64,000 nt of DNA from Eledone cirrhosa (taxonomy: Eukaryota). Position 1 is the stretch's first letter. Every line of letters starts with the position of its first letter. The stretch is from the NCBI GenBank assembly GCA_964016885.1, contig OZ024740.1, forward strand, positions 388,926,001 through 388,990,000, written 5' to 3'. A program made the translations under genes and the position numbers. Shown here one piece after another: positions 43,517 to 57,950 of the stretch. The notes under the pieces were generated by a model. It ran no database searches. It had not been told where the DNA came from and saw only the letters and a list, made by a program, of their open reading frames with translations.

Positions 43517-44096
43517 CTTAAAAAGATAAGATGGAAATATATATTGAAAGAGATACACACATAATTTGTAAACATATATATACGGGACTTTTAAGAAAAA
43601 ATAGGTATATTTTTGTCTATTGTTTCCTCATATTTTGTAATTTGATAAATAGTTCTGATTATGGAGTTGATTTAATTATTTTAGCTATTTTACCTCTTTC
43701 GGTCATTGAGCAAAACTTGTTAAGGCGGACACCACACACACATATACATATGAATATGTGTGTGTATTTCATTATTATATTGTCCCATATTATATGGTCG
43801 AGATAACCACGAGTGTATTAACTGCTTTTTCTAGAAAATACGTTATTCGCTCACTGTCCACCTTACTACCCTTCTGTGACCACTGTATCATGTGTTTATC
43901 TCTCTCCTCGCCTCTCGAGAAATTCTCACTTGCTACAAAAGAAACAATCTTTTTTTCTGAGGGGTCTCTTGATAAGCCGTATCAACCTCACAGCGAATTA
44001 TTAGCCGTACAGTGTTCGGCAACCATCGTTGCCATTTTGTTCAACACGATAAATGGAAAAATTCGGGCTGTTTGTTTACAAACAAACCGAGCATTA

Positions 44097-45842
44097 CACC
44101 GTGTAACATGTTTTGTTCCCCGGTTCTAAGTGTCATTTCCGGGTTTGTTATATCCCATTATTATTTTTAAAAAACACTATTATTTAATCAGAAGTTTGGG
44201 TTTGTGGTCAGGAGTTTGATATTTCGAAATTTTCATATTTTTCAAGAAAAAACACATTTTTTTTTAATTTATCAGTTCATATAATTAAATCAACAGAGTA
44301 TATATTTATTTTATTACACAAGCTTATCAAAAGCAAACAAGTAAAAACAAATAACACTTATAAAGCAACTTATACACGTCAGAAATGACTGGATTTCCTG
44401 GATTTGCGGTTGTAGTCCAGGTCGCATTCCCGCACTAGCCCCCAGATATAGTCCCCCATCATTTTTTCATTGTAGTGGCCCTGGTACCTCCGCTTTATCT
44501 CTTTCACATCTTGGTGGAATCGTTCGCCTTGTTCTTCTGAGTAGGCGCCCATATTGTCCTTGAATTTTTCCAGGTGAGCGTCCAGCATATGGAGTTTAAG
44601 CGACATCCTGCATCCCATGGCGCCAAAAGCCTTTATCAGTTCCTGCACCAGTTGCTGGTAGTTTTCAGCTCTGTAGTTGCCCAGGAAGCCCTTAACAACT
44701 GCCTTGAAACAGTTCCATGCTGTTCTCTAAATCTTATTGAACTTATTGGAGAACTCGGTAGACTCCAACACCTTCTTTATCTGAGGTCCAACAAAAACTC
44801 CACCTTTGATTTTGGCCTCAGATAACTTGGGGAAGAACTCAAGAAGGTACTTGAAAGCGGCTGATTCTTGGTTGAGAGCCTTCACAAACTGCTTCATCAA
44901 CCCCAACTTAATGTGCAGTGGCGGCATGAGCACAATCCTGGGATCAACCAGTGGCTCCCACATGACGTTCCGCGTCCCAACTACAAATTCTGTTCGCTGC
45001 TCCCAGTTCTTTCTTTTGTAGTGGCCATAGGTGGTTCTGCTGTCCCAAAGGCAAAGGAAGCATTGGAATTTGATAAAGCCTCCTTGGGGTCCAAGCAGGA
45101 AAGCCACCATCTCGAAGTCTTCAATGATTTCCCAATTGCACTGGTTGTATTGCAGAGCTTCCAAGAGGACTTTCACACTGTTGTAATCTTCCTTCAGACA
45201 GACTAAATGAGCTAAGGGTAGTGTCGGTAACTTGTTTCCATTGTGGAGGAGGACAGCCTTCAAACGGCATCCCAATAACGTAAAACAGTCCAGGCACGTC
45301 ATATCAGAAGCAGAGGCCATCCCTATGAGTGTAAAAGCCTGAGAAAGGTTCGTGTCGACTTCGCTGACTTGTCACCTGCACTTCCACCTTGACCAAGTTC
45401 CACTGCTTCATCCTGGAGACGAATAGCTCTGCATTGGACTTGGTCAGACCCATATCCCTGACCAAGTCATTGACTTCTTTTGGGTTTGGGAAGTGAGGAA
45501 CTTTTTCTGGTACCCCAGTATCAATAAATCTCTTTAATCCACTTTTTAACAATTTTATACTTTATTGCACTTTTATAATTTTCTTTAGGTATTACTCTCT
45601 ATTTTATAATTTTAATTTAACCTGAAACATATAAAAAGAAATCATTTAACATAAGCAAATTAAACTTAAATACAACGTAAAATCCAGCATACAAATAATT
45701 CTAGTGAATAGCTTAGAATGTTTACAAACCCAAAGTTTTAACTGTTTAATAGCACTTTTTTTATTTATTTGAGACCTAAGCAACACAAAAAAAGTGATTA
45801 CAAGCCAGGAACAGAGAAATTTTTTCTTTTTATTACACGGTG
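44097..45842 (-). mobile_element. Chapaev3-type DNA transposon with frameshifted, N-terminally deleted transposase
   Basis: LKAVLLHNGN, CFLCLWDSR, PPLHIKLGLMKQFVKAL, SEEQGERFHQD..RYQG. TIRs caccgtgtaa and ttacacggtg. TTA TSD at 44094-44096 and 45843-45845. Confidence 0.92.
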
Positions 45843-45870
45843 TTATAATAAATGTTCGGTAAACACATAC

Positions 45871-45953
<83 letters not shown>

Positions 45954-46560
45954 CATGTATGTATGTATATACATACTACTGTACGTCTGTATACATATAT
46001 GTATGTACGTATACATACTTATATTTAAGTATCAGCCGTACTAAGAGTGAGAAATGAAATTTCCCTTTTTTTAACATTTATCGTTTTCGGTACACCCGGC
46101 CGACTAACTCAATCGATATGCAAATTAGGCTGCTCAGCCGATAATATGCATAAGGAAAGTATATACTTTCAAACGTTCAATCGACTGACAGGAAGGTATA
46201 CGATGCTGATGACAGCTAATAAGCTGGAAACTAGTTCATCGTTCCTTAGTCAGTGTTGAACAAAAGGGTAACGATGGTTGCCGAACACTTTACGGCTACT
46301 GTTTCTTTACAAACAAACCGAGCATTATAATAAATGTTTGGTAAACCCATACGTACATATATATATATATATATATGTGTGCATGTATGTATGTATATAC
46401 ATATTAGTGTACGTCTGTATACATATATGTATGTATATACATACTAGTGTACGTCTGTATACATATATGTATGTACATACTAGTGTACGTCTGTATACAT
46501 ATATGTATGTACATACTAGTGTACGTCTGTATACATATATGTATGTATACATATATGTAC
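45843..46560 (+). mobile_element. Family B HHR repeat (more than one unit; left part at about 43995-44096); HHR at 46200-46242
   Basis: acgatg-CTGATGA-cagct aata agctg-GAAA-ctag-TT-catcgt. gagcattataataaatg is reconstituted across the transposon. Confidence 0.85.
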
Positions 46561-46581
46561 GTATAAATATATATATGTACA

Positions 46582-46627
<46 letters not shown>

Positions 46628-46628
46628 T

Positions 46629-46677
<49 letters not shown>

Positions 46678-46799
46678 CGTATACATATATATATACGTAT
46701 ACATATATATATATTTATATATATATACGTATATATATATATTTATATATATATACGTATACATATATATATATATATATATATAGACGTATACATATA

Positions 46800-47008
46800 A
46801 AGGATCGATCGACTTTCGTCAAATCGGACCGAGGAAACAATGTTTTCGTCGGTCTTTCCAGTTGCTAATACTATCTATCGGTCGCAACTCCAGGTAGAAG
46901 GAGCAACATGAAATAAAGGACATAACGCATCACCCGGTCCAGGAATCGAGCTCACAGCCTCATGATTGCGAATCCAATTCTCTAACCACTCAGCCATGCG
47001 CCTTCACG
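46800..47008 (-). mobile_element. tRNA-derived SINE (family 2); related pieces at 3870-3935 and 54030-54185
   Basis: Minus strand has A box tggctgagtgg, B box gagctcgattcc and the shared gatagatagtattagcaa..ggaaagacc body. Confidence 0.75.
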
Positions 47009-47051
<43 letters not shown>

Positions 47052-47053
<2 letters not shown>

Positions 47054-48042
47054 CAGCTTACAGACCCACACTCGCCCCGGCCTAAACTCCCCACCCTTAT
47101 TCCTTTAGCCTTCGACCGCCCCCCTCCACCCACACACATCCCCCGCTAACACCACTAACACACCCCTCCTTTTCACCGTCCACCCCACAACTAACAATAC
47201 TAACGCCTCTACTCCACCTCACATCCGACCACCCTTCCCCAACTAACATACTAACATCCCTCCCTTCTTCTCCTCCTCCTCCTTATCACACGCACACACC
47301 CACCGGCACATATATACACGCGCTCAAACTAAACACACACCCTACTACCACCACTAACCCTCACCCCCACACATCCACCCCACCACCCCGCAACTAACCT
47401 CACTAACACTCCCTGACCCCAAGCACACGAACACACGCACCCACTTACACCACCCACCCTACACGCAACTAACATCACTAACACCCCCAACCCCACGCAC
47501 ACGTACACACACACCCTCTTACACCACCAACTCTACACACCCTACCACCACTGACCCCCACTCACACCCGCATTCAACCCTTTCTCCACCTCCTGTATAC
47601 TAACACCCACTAACACCACCTTCATCAAACTACACACACACCAGTACACCACACTCCCTCCATCGACCCCCACACCCTTCTCTCCCCGCTCCACCCACAC
47701 CCTTGCTCAAACACTCACTCATCCCACTAACACCTCTACTAATACACACACACCCCCTCCTCACTCCAACTTTCACACCTACCCATCTTCGCCCCTTTAC
47801 CATTCCACCCTACTGCTGTTATGCCCACTGACCACCTCCCAGCACACACAGACACACAGCGCTCCTACTGCCTTGACCACTTCCTGTTGCGAACATATTT
47901 ACACATATTTACACATTCAGCCTCCGGATTCCTCTCCCCCCACCCCTCTATCCACACACGCACACACACTCCGACCTACACCCCACCCCACACACACCTC
48001 TTCCTGAACATGCAACCCCATTCTTCCCCCAACCCTTGCTTT

Positions 48043-48081
<39 letters not shown>

Positions 48082-48492
48082 ACACCTACACACACACACC
48101 ACCTTCAGCCCTCTCCGCTCGGACATCCCGTCTCCCTCTCGCCATTCCACCCGCCACCACCCCTACACGCCCCACACCCTTCCACCACCTGTTTTACCCC
48201 AGTTTAATTTTATTTTGATCATGCTTTTATTTTTATTTTTATTTTTATTTTTATTTTTATTTTTATTTTTATTTGTATTTTCATTTCCACCGTTTCCTCC
48301 CACCCCCTTTTTGCTATATGTCTCTCCACCACTCCCCTACACACCCTTTGAACTCTCTTCCCACACACTTTTCACCTGAAGAAGGGCTTATGCCCGAAAC
48401 GTCGTTCCCCGCCACCACCCCACTCTCAAGAGCGTGAAATTAATAAACATTCGTTGTACTGCCTCTCTGTTTTGTTCCTGTTCAAATTTTTC
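47052..48492 (+). mobile_element. Extreme 3' end of a Penelope-like element: ORF end, C/A-rich 3' region, minimal HHR (48373-48407)
   Basis: FSLQTHTRPGLN resembles the GIY-YIG C-terminal L.T..P.GLN. CTGAAGA-agggc ttat gccc-GAAA-cg-TC followed by aataaa. Confidence 0.68.
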
Positions 48493-48510
48493 ATTATATA
48501 TATATATATA

Positions 48511-49258
48511 GGAGTAAATAAGACCCCGACGGCTGAGCTCAAGCCGTTTCGACGGCTAATTCTGTACTGAATGAAAAATCAGTTCTGGTATTTAAATAGC
48601 CGAACTTGTCAAGGGGCAATTCCATATATGGTCAAAGAGATAATCACCAGGATTGGTCATCCCACAAGGTAGTAGTAATTCTGCGATGGCAAGTTGGTGG
48701 GGGGGGGGGGGTAGCCAAACCTGCCAGTAGGAGAAAAGGGGAGAGGGGGCGGAGTAGACCCATTCATGCGTTGGTGGTGCCAGCTACAGCTGGGTGTGAG
48801 GTCAAAGAGGACGCCGGGGAAGTCAAAACGGTAAGTATAACGATGAAAATGTAAAACTGTAAAAGGTACTGAGAGAGAAAAGAAATATAAGCAGAATCTG
48901 GTTACTAAGACTTAATTCTCTCGCTATTGCTAGGCTGAAGAAATACATAAATAAGTAAATAAGAAATACATAAATAATATTCCACATAAGTAAATAAGAA
49001 ATACAAAAATAATATTCCACATAAGTAAATAAGAAATACATGAATAATATTCCACATAAGTAAATAAGAAATACATAAGTAATATTCCACATAAGTAAAT
49101 AAGAAATACGTAAATAATATTCCACATAAGTAAATAATAAATACATAAGTAATATTCCACATAAGTAAATAAGAAATACGTAAATAATATTCCACAAGAA
49201 ATACATAAATGAGTAAATAAGCAAATAAGTGAGTAAAAGGATGGATAGATAGATTTTA

Positions 49259-49289
<31 letters not shown>

Positions 49290-49843
49290 TATAATGTAGA
49301 ATAAAAAGAATAAGAAAACAAATGATAATGATAGAAAAAAACCTAGGTGTGACGGAGATAAAGGGACCCTTATGCGGGGTATAAGTGCGTGTATCGTACG
49401 GTGACGGGTCAACAGAGGGGGGGGGGTCGGAATACTACAGAGACCACCACGAAAAAAATAAATAAATAACGGTTTCTACCCCGTTCTTTATTTTTAATTC
49501 GTACGACTTTTCATGTAGCTTGTATAAGACATTTTGTTTCGTGGCGGTACCCTTAGAGTTAGCACCAGTATTTTTTTGCGGGACCCTGAATTATATTCTC
49601 GTACTAGTCTACTTTCTTGCACTGGGTGGTTGCTGGCCCGGTGTTTGGGGTAGAATAAGGGTCCCTTTATCTCCGTCACACCTAGGTTTTTTTCTATCAT
49701 TATCATTTGTTTTCTTATTCTTATTCTTTTTATTCTACATTATATATATATATATAATGTACCTTTCATCCTTACGGGGTCGATAAAATAAAGTACCAGT
49801 AATGCACTGGGTGATTTGCTGGCCTTGTGCCTAAAGTAGAAAC

Positions 49844-49941
<98 letters not shown>

Positions 49942-50897
49942 TATCTATCCATCCTTTTACTCACTTATTTGCTTATTTACTCATTTATGTATTTCTTGTG
50001 GAATATTATTTACGTATTTCATATTTACTTATGTGGAATATTATTCATGTATTTCTTATTTACTTATGTCGAATATTCTTTGTGTATTTCTTATTTACTT
50101 ATGTGGAATATTATTTTTGGCGGTGGATTGGCAGTATCAGTAGAGGGTCGGACGCTATGCTTTGCAGCACAGTTACGTCCCTTTACGGACTGAGTTCAAA
50201 ACCCGCCGAGGTTAACTTTGCCTTTCATCCTTAAGGGGTCGATAAAATAAAGTACCAGTAATACACTGTGATAATTGCTGGCCTTGTGCCAAAACTAGAA
50301 ACAATTATTTTTGTATTTCTTATTTACTTATGTGGAATATTATTTATGTATTTCTTATTTACTTATTTATGTATTTCTTCAGCCTAGCAATAGCGAGAGA
50401 ATTAAGTCTTAGTAACCAGATTCTGCTTATATTTCTTTTCTCTATCAGTACCTTTTACAGTTTTACATTTTCATCGTTATACTTACCGTTTTGACCTCCT
50501 CCCCCTCTCCCCTCCCCGGCGTCCTCTTTGACCTCACACCCAGCTGTAGCTGGCACCACCAACGCATGAATGGGTCTACTTCCGCCCCCTCTCCCCCTTT
50601 TCTCCTACTGGCAGGTTTGGCTACCTCCCCCACCAACTTGCCATCGCAGAATTACTACTACCTTGTGGGATGACCAATCCTGGTGATTATCTCTTTGACC
50701 ATATATGGAATTGCCCCTTGACAAGTTCGGCTATTTAAATACAGAACTGATTTTTCATTCAGTACAGAATTAGCCGTCGAAAACGGCTTGAGCTCAGCCG
50801 TCGGGGTCTTATTTACTCCTATTACCCACTCTACTACCCTAAGTATTGAGTACTTTGGTGCGTTATGGGTCCACCTGGTTCCTTACCACTTTTCCTT
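48511..50897. mobile_element. Large inverted repeat (arms 48511-49373 and 49655-50820) with family E HHRs at 48522-48618 (minus) and 50713-50808 (plus)
   Basis: Arms are reverse complements apart from two SINE insertions (49762-49850, 50117-50310). cccc-TTGACAA-gttcggcta..tagccgtc-GAAA-cggct..agccg-TC-gggg. Confidence 0.85.
48960..49200 (+). repeat. 35-bp minisatellite, about 7 copies (mirrored at about 49990-50375)
   Basis: Unit taaataatattccacataagtaaataagaaataca. Confidence 0.9.
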
Positions 50898-50945
50898 CGC
50901 TATATGATATATATATATATATCTATATATATATATACATATTAC

Positions 50946-50985
<40 letters not shown>

Positions 50986-51082
50986 CACAAATATGACGCT
51001 CCCCAAGTATAAACAATATTTGTTTCGACACACGATTTCATATAAAAAACCTCGCAAAACTAATATATATATATATATACGT

Positions 51083-51192
<110 letters not shown>

Positions 51193-51199
51193 TATATAC

Positions 51200-51230
<31 letters not shown>

Positions 51231-51243
51231 CGTATACGTATAC

Positions 51244-51274
<31 letters not shown>

Positions 51275-51299
51275 ATAGATAATATATATATATATATGT

Positions 51300-51367
<68 letters not shown>

Positions 51368-51369
51368 GT

Positions 51370-51429
<60 letters not shown>

Positions 51430-51486
51430 CGTATATATATATATATATACGTATATATATATATATACGTATATATATATTATACG

Positions 51487-51524
<38 letters not shown>

Positions 51525-51546
51525 GTATATATATATATATATATAC

Positions 51547-51615
<69 letters not shown>

Positions 51616-51698
51616 TATACGTATATATATATATATACGTATATATATATATATACGTATATATATATTTATATACGTATATATATATATATATATAC

Positions 51699-51768
<70 letters not shown>

Positions 51769-51898
51769 ATGTATATATTTATATATATATATTTATGTAT
51801 ATATATATATACATATATATACGTATATATATATACGTATATATATATAGATACGTTTAACATATATATATTTATAATATGTTTTATATATATATATT

Positions 51899-51929
<31 letters not shown>

Positions 51930-51956
51930 TTATATATATTTATATATTTATATATT

Positions 51957-51989
<33 letters not shown>

Positions 51990-52136
51990 ATATTTATACA
52001 TATATATATATAATATATATATATATATATTTATTTATATATATATATATTTATTTATATATATATATATATTTATTATATATATATATATTTATTTTTA
52101 TATATATATATATATGTGTGTGTGTAAATATATATA

Positions 52137-52204
<68 letters not shown>

Positions 52205-52210
52205 AAATAT

Positions 52211-52262
<52 letters not shown>

Positions 52263-52267
<5 letters not shown>

Positions 52268-52521
52268 CATTAGTTAAGCAAAACAAGACCACAAATTTCA
52301 CAAGGAAGACATTATTAAAAGATTGTCAACATATTTTAGTTTGATGTAAGGAATGTAGAGGTTAATAATAATAATAACAATTGTAAACGGACATTATTAT
52401 TATTAATATTATTATTATTATTCTCTACATTCCTTACATCAAACTAAAATATGTTGACAATCTTTTAATAATATCTTCCTTGTATAATTTGTGGTCTTGT
52501 TTTGCTTAACTAATGAATATT
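52263..52521. repeat. Fold-back palindrome (~100-bp arms) without a recognisable HHR
   Basis: atattcattagttaagcaaaacaagacc...ggtcttgttttgcttaactaatgaatat with a (TAA)n/(TTA)n centre. Confidence 0.85.
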
Positions 52522-52764
52522 TCCTGCTCTGCGCACCCTAACTTCGGCATGAACCCAGCCACCTAACTGCTTTCTACTGCATATTGGACATTGAGCACAT
52601 GCCTTTACACTTTGGCTTCTAACTAACTCACCAATCTCTCCTCTCATATCTCCTCTACTATCTCCATCTCGCTCTTTAAGATTGGTTACTCTTGAACATT
52701 ATATATGTATATTATATATATATATATATATATATATTGTATATATATATATATATATAATATA

Positions 52765-53002
52765 TATTGTTATACTTTGGGAGGGTCATGTTGCCAATAA
52801 GAAACACACGCACCAGCTACTTTCACTTCAATTTATTATAATAAATTTATGAATTTATGAATTTATAAATTTCCGGTTGGTTGGTTGGTTCCACAACCTG
52901 ATAGTTGTTTATATATTGTCAAAGTTATTTCGTCACACATTCTGTGACCTCTTCAGTTACTGGGGATTCTTTTCTTTGTTTTTGTGCCTCTCCTTTGTTC
53001 TT
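52765..53002 (-). mobile_element. Solo pLTR of the Penelope family at 1545-3245
   Basis: Reverse complement of about 3005-3245, including CTGAAGAggtcac..gtgacGAAA. Confidence 0.85.
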
Positions 53003-53029
53003 ATATTTATATATATATATTTATATATA

Positions 53030-53083
<54 letters not shown>

Positions 53084-53115
53084 AAAGAACACAATAAGAT
53101 ATATATATATATATT

Positions 53116-53146
<31 letters not shown>

Positions 53147-53250
53147 GTAATATTAATATATATATATATTTATATGTATATATATATATATATATATATT
53201 TATATGTATATATATATATATATATATTTATATGTATATTATATATATAT

Positions 53251-53282
<32 letters not shown>

Positions 53283-53329
53283 TATATATGTATATATATG
53301 TATATATAATATATAATTTATATTTATAT

Positions 53330-53380
<51 letters not shown>

Positions 53381-53476
53381 GTATATATATATATATATAT
53401 ATATTTATATGTATATATATATATATATTTATATGTATATATTGTATATATATATATATATTATTATATATATATA

Positions 53477-53575
<99 letters not shown>

Positions 53576-53586
53576 ATATATATATA

Positions 53587-53633
<47 letters not shown>

Positions 53634-53700
53634 ATATATTCATATATATATATTATATATTATATATATATATATTATATATATATATATATATTTATAT

Positions 53701-53738
<38 letters not shown>

Positions 53739-53741
53739 ATA

Positions 53742-53787
<46 letters not shown>

Positions 53788-53788
53788 T

Positions 53789-53859
<71 letters not shown>

Positions 53860-53886
53860 TATATATATATATTATATATTTATATA

Positions 53887-53930
<44 letters not shown>

Positions 53931-53931
53931 T

Positions 53932-54022
<91 letters not shown>

Positions 54023-54698
54023 TTAATTCTTCCATTGGTCTTTCTAATTACTATCTACCGGTCGCAACTACTGGCAGAAGGAGCAACGTGAAATAAGGTA
54101 TCATAACTCATCGCCCGGCCCGGGAGTTGAACTCACAACCTTATGATTTTGAAACCAACTCTCTAACCACTAGGCTATGCGCCTATAATCGACTAATATC
54201 GATTTATTACCTTGTGCTGATGTTAGAAAGGATCAATATTATTAAAGACTTATGAGGGTGGCGGGATCATTAAAATGTTGGACAAATGCTTAACTTTGCT
54301 TTTCATCATTTCAGGGTTGATAAAATATTGTACTAGCCCAGAACCAGGATCAGTTGAATCAACTTTTCCCCAAATTACTGGCATTGTCTATAAAGAAGAA
54401 ATCATTATTATGACGAGTGGTATATTAGCAGAAATGGATAAACACTACTGCAGTATTTGTTCTGGCTTTTTACTTTCTAATTTCAAATCTGGCCGAGGTC
54501 AACTTTGCCTCTCATCTTTCAGGAGTCAATAAAATAAAGTACCAGTCAAGTAGTGGGGTTGATTTAATCTACAAAGGCACCTCACTCTGGACTAAAATTA
54601 TTTTTATGAACAGAGGCTTCTAAAACATTTTGCGATTGGAGCAGGACAACCTGATCCCTTTCAACGTTTCGAAGATACCGTCATTAAAATTATCAATA

Positions 54699-54888
54699 GG
54701 GCGGTGAATTGGCAGTATCGATAGAGGATCGGATGCCATGCTTTCCAGCATAGTTACGTCCCTTTACAGTCTGAATTTGAAATCCCGTCGAGGTTAACTT
54801 TGCCTTTCATCCTTACGGGGTCGATAAAATAAAGTACCAGTAATGTATTGGGTAATTGCTGGCCTTGTCCCAAAAGTAGAAACAATTA
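54699..54888 (+). mobile_element. SINE family 1 with 15-bp TSD; older copies at about 54255-54600
   Basis: attaaaattatcaat on both sides. Confidence 0.9.
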
Positions 54889-55194
54889 AAATTATCAATG
54901 AAGCAATGCTGCAGCAAAATACCCTACTGAAAACAATATATAACAACTGTTTTGTAGTCCTATCAACAATATAGATTGGCTGGGGGATATCTCAGGGAAG
55001 CGTTCTGCATAATAAATGAAAATATGCTATGTTCTCCCTTTTGTAATGTAGAGAACAAATAATCAACATCAATTATCCCAGCAATTACGAAACAAATACT
55101 CCTGGCAGAAGGAGCAGCGTGAAATAAAGTGTCTTGCTCAAATGTATAAAATCTAAAACCAACAAAGGAGATAACTCTTGATTCAAGATGTTAA

Positions 55195-55550
55195 GACAAT
55201 TTATCTGTTGCACTTCGGGTTTGCAGTCGAGCCCCTAACAGTGGAGACTTCTGGTGTCCTTGGCCCTAATGCTACCTCCATACTCAACACCATAAATGCT
55301 GAGCTGGGTAGCCGCAGGTAAGAGCCTCGCGAGATGGAATGGCTCTCCCAGCGCATTTCCCTCCCCATCCTCCGGGAAAACGCATTCTCCATTCTGTCCG
55401 CCGGGGCCATGGGGCGGCCGGCGCGTGGGACCCCATTTGCTCATAATAGTGAGAGATGGAGAGGGTGAGAAAGATGGAGACGATGACAGTGGGAGTTCGG
55501 CTCCTCTGTGTTCGGACTTGGTGTACGTGTGAGTATGTTTACTTCTATTC
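55195..55550 (+). mobile_element. 3' fragment of a CRE-like non-LTR retrotransposon
   Basis: EPLTVETSGVLGP...*EPREMEWLSQRISLPILRENAFSIL resembles the P.AVET.G..G...QR.S.AI.RGNA C-terminus. Confidence 0.75.
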
Positions 55551-57899
55551 ATTCGATATGACAGTATCTACGCTCCCTACTTATTTATCAGTATATCTTC
55601 TATAAAGCAGTGGAGCATTAGGGTGATTTCTGTTCGTTCATTCGAAGTGGACTAGCTACTGCCATTTAAAATATCGTGGACGATTGAACGAAGGAGCCTC
55701 TATGTGTTCTTGAAATTGCTAGAAGTAGCAGCAAAATTATCTCAAATCTTACACTACTGTCTTTACAATGTCGCTCTGGATAATTTAGTATTTCGTGCTT
55801 CTAAAATATGGGATAGGTACGCTCAAACAGGGCCTACCTGAAACTAAACAACCATAACAAACATCATGGACCACATCCGAGTTAATTTAGTCGGTCAGCA
55901 ACAAGTTAATTACAAATAACTTACACTTAGATACTTGTCGACGATTTCTATTCAAATAGCATATCTAAGTTTACATTATCCAGTGTGGCCTATATTTTTG
56001 AGACAGTAAGGGGTTATTTGAAAGAAATTCACTTGTTAAGAAACTACATAGAGCCTTCTATGCGCCAATAATTTTATTGTAGGGGATTAAATTATTTCTC
56101 TAAATAGGTTTAGGAAGATTGATTGACCATCGTTAAAACGTAGGTATTTGTTTATGCTCTTTATTTTGAAAGTTCAAATACCGGACAAATTCACTTTATC
56201 ATTCATCCTTCTTGTGCTTGCTAAACCTTTAGTGAAATATTGGAGTTGATTTAATCAACTGCTAATCTAAACCGATATGCAGTATATTAGCAGGGTACTG
56301 TAGGTTTAAAGTAATTCACTGATTACACAATTTACTATGATGAACTTGGAAAATTTCAGTGGACTATACTTCGTTTGGAAGGTTCAATATAATCGATTTA
56401 GAGCCTCCCTCGATGGCTTGTGCCTTTATCAAAAATCTAATTGACAAAAATCGAACAAAAATAATTCCAACTGGGAATTGGATGCATTATATTGATAGTA
56501 TTTACGTGATATGAAAATGATGAGTGAGATAGTAAGGCAGCAGTGGCTTTGGTGTTGGTCATGTTGGTGGTGGTTGCTATTGTTGATGTAGTTAACAGTG
56601 GGACAGGCTTACAGAAAAAAGAGTTAGATCTCTTACTGTAGTCACTGTTATATTTTATTTATATAAATAGAAATACTGTTCTTTCTTTATATTTTGTTTT
56701 TTTTTCTACTAACTATAATTATAACACGCAAATTTTATCCATGAACAGAATACAATGATTATTTTCACCTCCTGTTTTTTCTATTGATTCAATTCAATTT
56801 AGCTCTCGTTGTTATTTGTGAGGGTCCACCATGCTTAATGTTTTTGCAATGAATTTAAATTGTTCTCGTTTCGTCAAAAGTTGAAAACTATTAACTAATT
56901 ACATAAAGTCTACTTCTTTTGGATGGTAAATTATTTGTTATTGTGTTTACCTTAAAAAAATTTTGAAAGCTGCATTTAGGGAGAAAATGGTAGAATGGCT
57001 TCAACGCGAATTAGCTTGAAATCGGAGCCTTCTGGAAAGTATTTGGCCATGAGGACTACGCCTTGGGTACGTTTGGTAAATTTGTATTTCGTTCAGAATA
57101 CGGTTCTTTGTCGAAAACGTTGCTTCGTTTCTGTTTCCTTCCTTTCGGAAACTACAAGATGTCACTGAGGGAGATTTAACTGCTATTTTAGGAGGTTTGC
57201 TGACCATGTACAAGCTCCTCCGTCGGCTTATAAAATAAATTGGTTTCAAATGGTAAATTGGTTTTAATTGGGGAGTAATTGTGATGGCGGTGTTTATGGT
57301 GGTTGTGGAGGTGGTAATTATGATGAGGAGGAGGCGGCTGATGATGATGATTATGATGATGGTGGTAGTGGTGCTGCTGCTGATGATGATGATGGTGGTG
57401 GCCTTGATGGTAGTGGGGAGGAGGAGGGGGATAATAAATTATTAAAAGTGGGGCAAGCTCGAAGAAAAACAAACAGTTGTTGTAGTAACTGTGATCACTG
57501 TTATATTTTGTAATATATTTTAATTATAGAAATTATATTCCATCTTGCTACATTTTTGTTCTGACACCTATAAACTTTATAATAGAATTTTATGTATAAA
57601 CAGAATACAATTGTCTAGATGGTGAAATAAATCATTGTATCCTGTCCATAGACAGAATTTGAGATATATTTTATTTGAGTAATCTTTGTTATCTGAGAAA
57701 CAACTCGATTAAAATATGTAATTTTTCTGTAATACATTTAAAGTTCTCAATTTCGTCAAAATCTTAAATTTACTCTGTTACTAACAATTTATGTATGGGA
57801 AAGGTCTCAAGGGGATGTTTTACATTTTAAATGCGTATAGGGTAGAATCTCACAAATTTGCTAAACACAATTTTTAAAAATGTATATCAAATCTGTGTT

Positions 57900-57950
<51 letters not shown>

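Noticed and set aside
48960-49200. CRISPR-like 35-bp periodicity and hydrophobic repeat ORFs
   Set aside because: Contiguous tandem units with no unique spacers, no cas genes and a eukaryotic context.
57188-57513. His-rich and acidic Gly-rich ORFs
   Set aside because: Degenerate trinucleotide (GAT/GGT) repeat with no splice or homology support.
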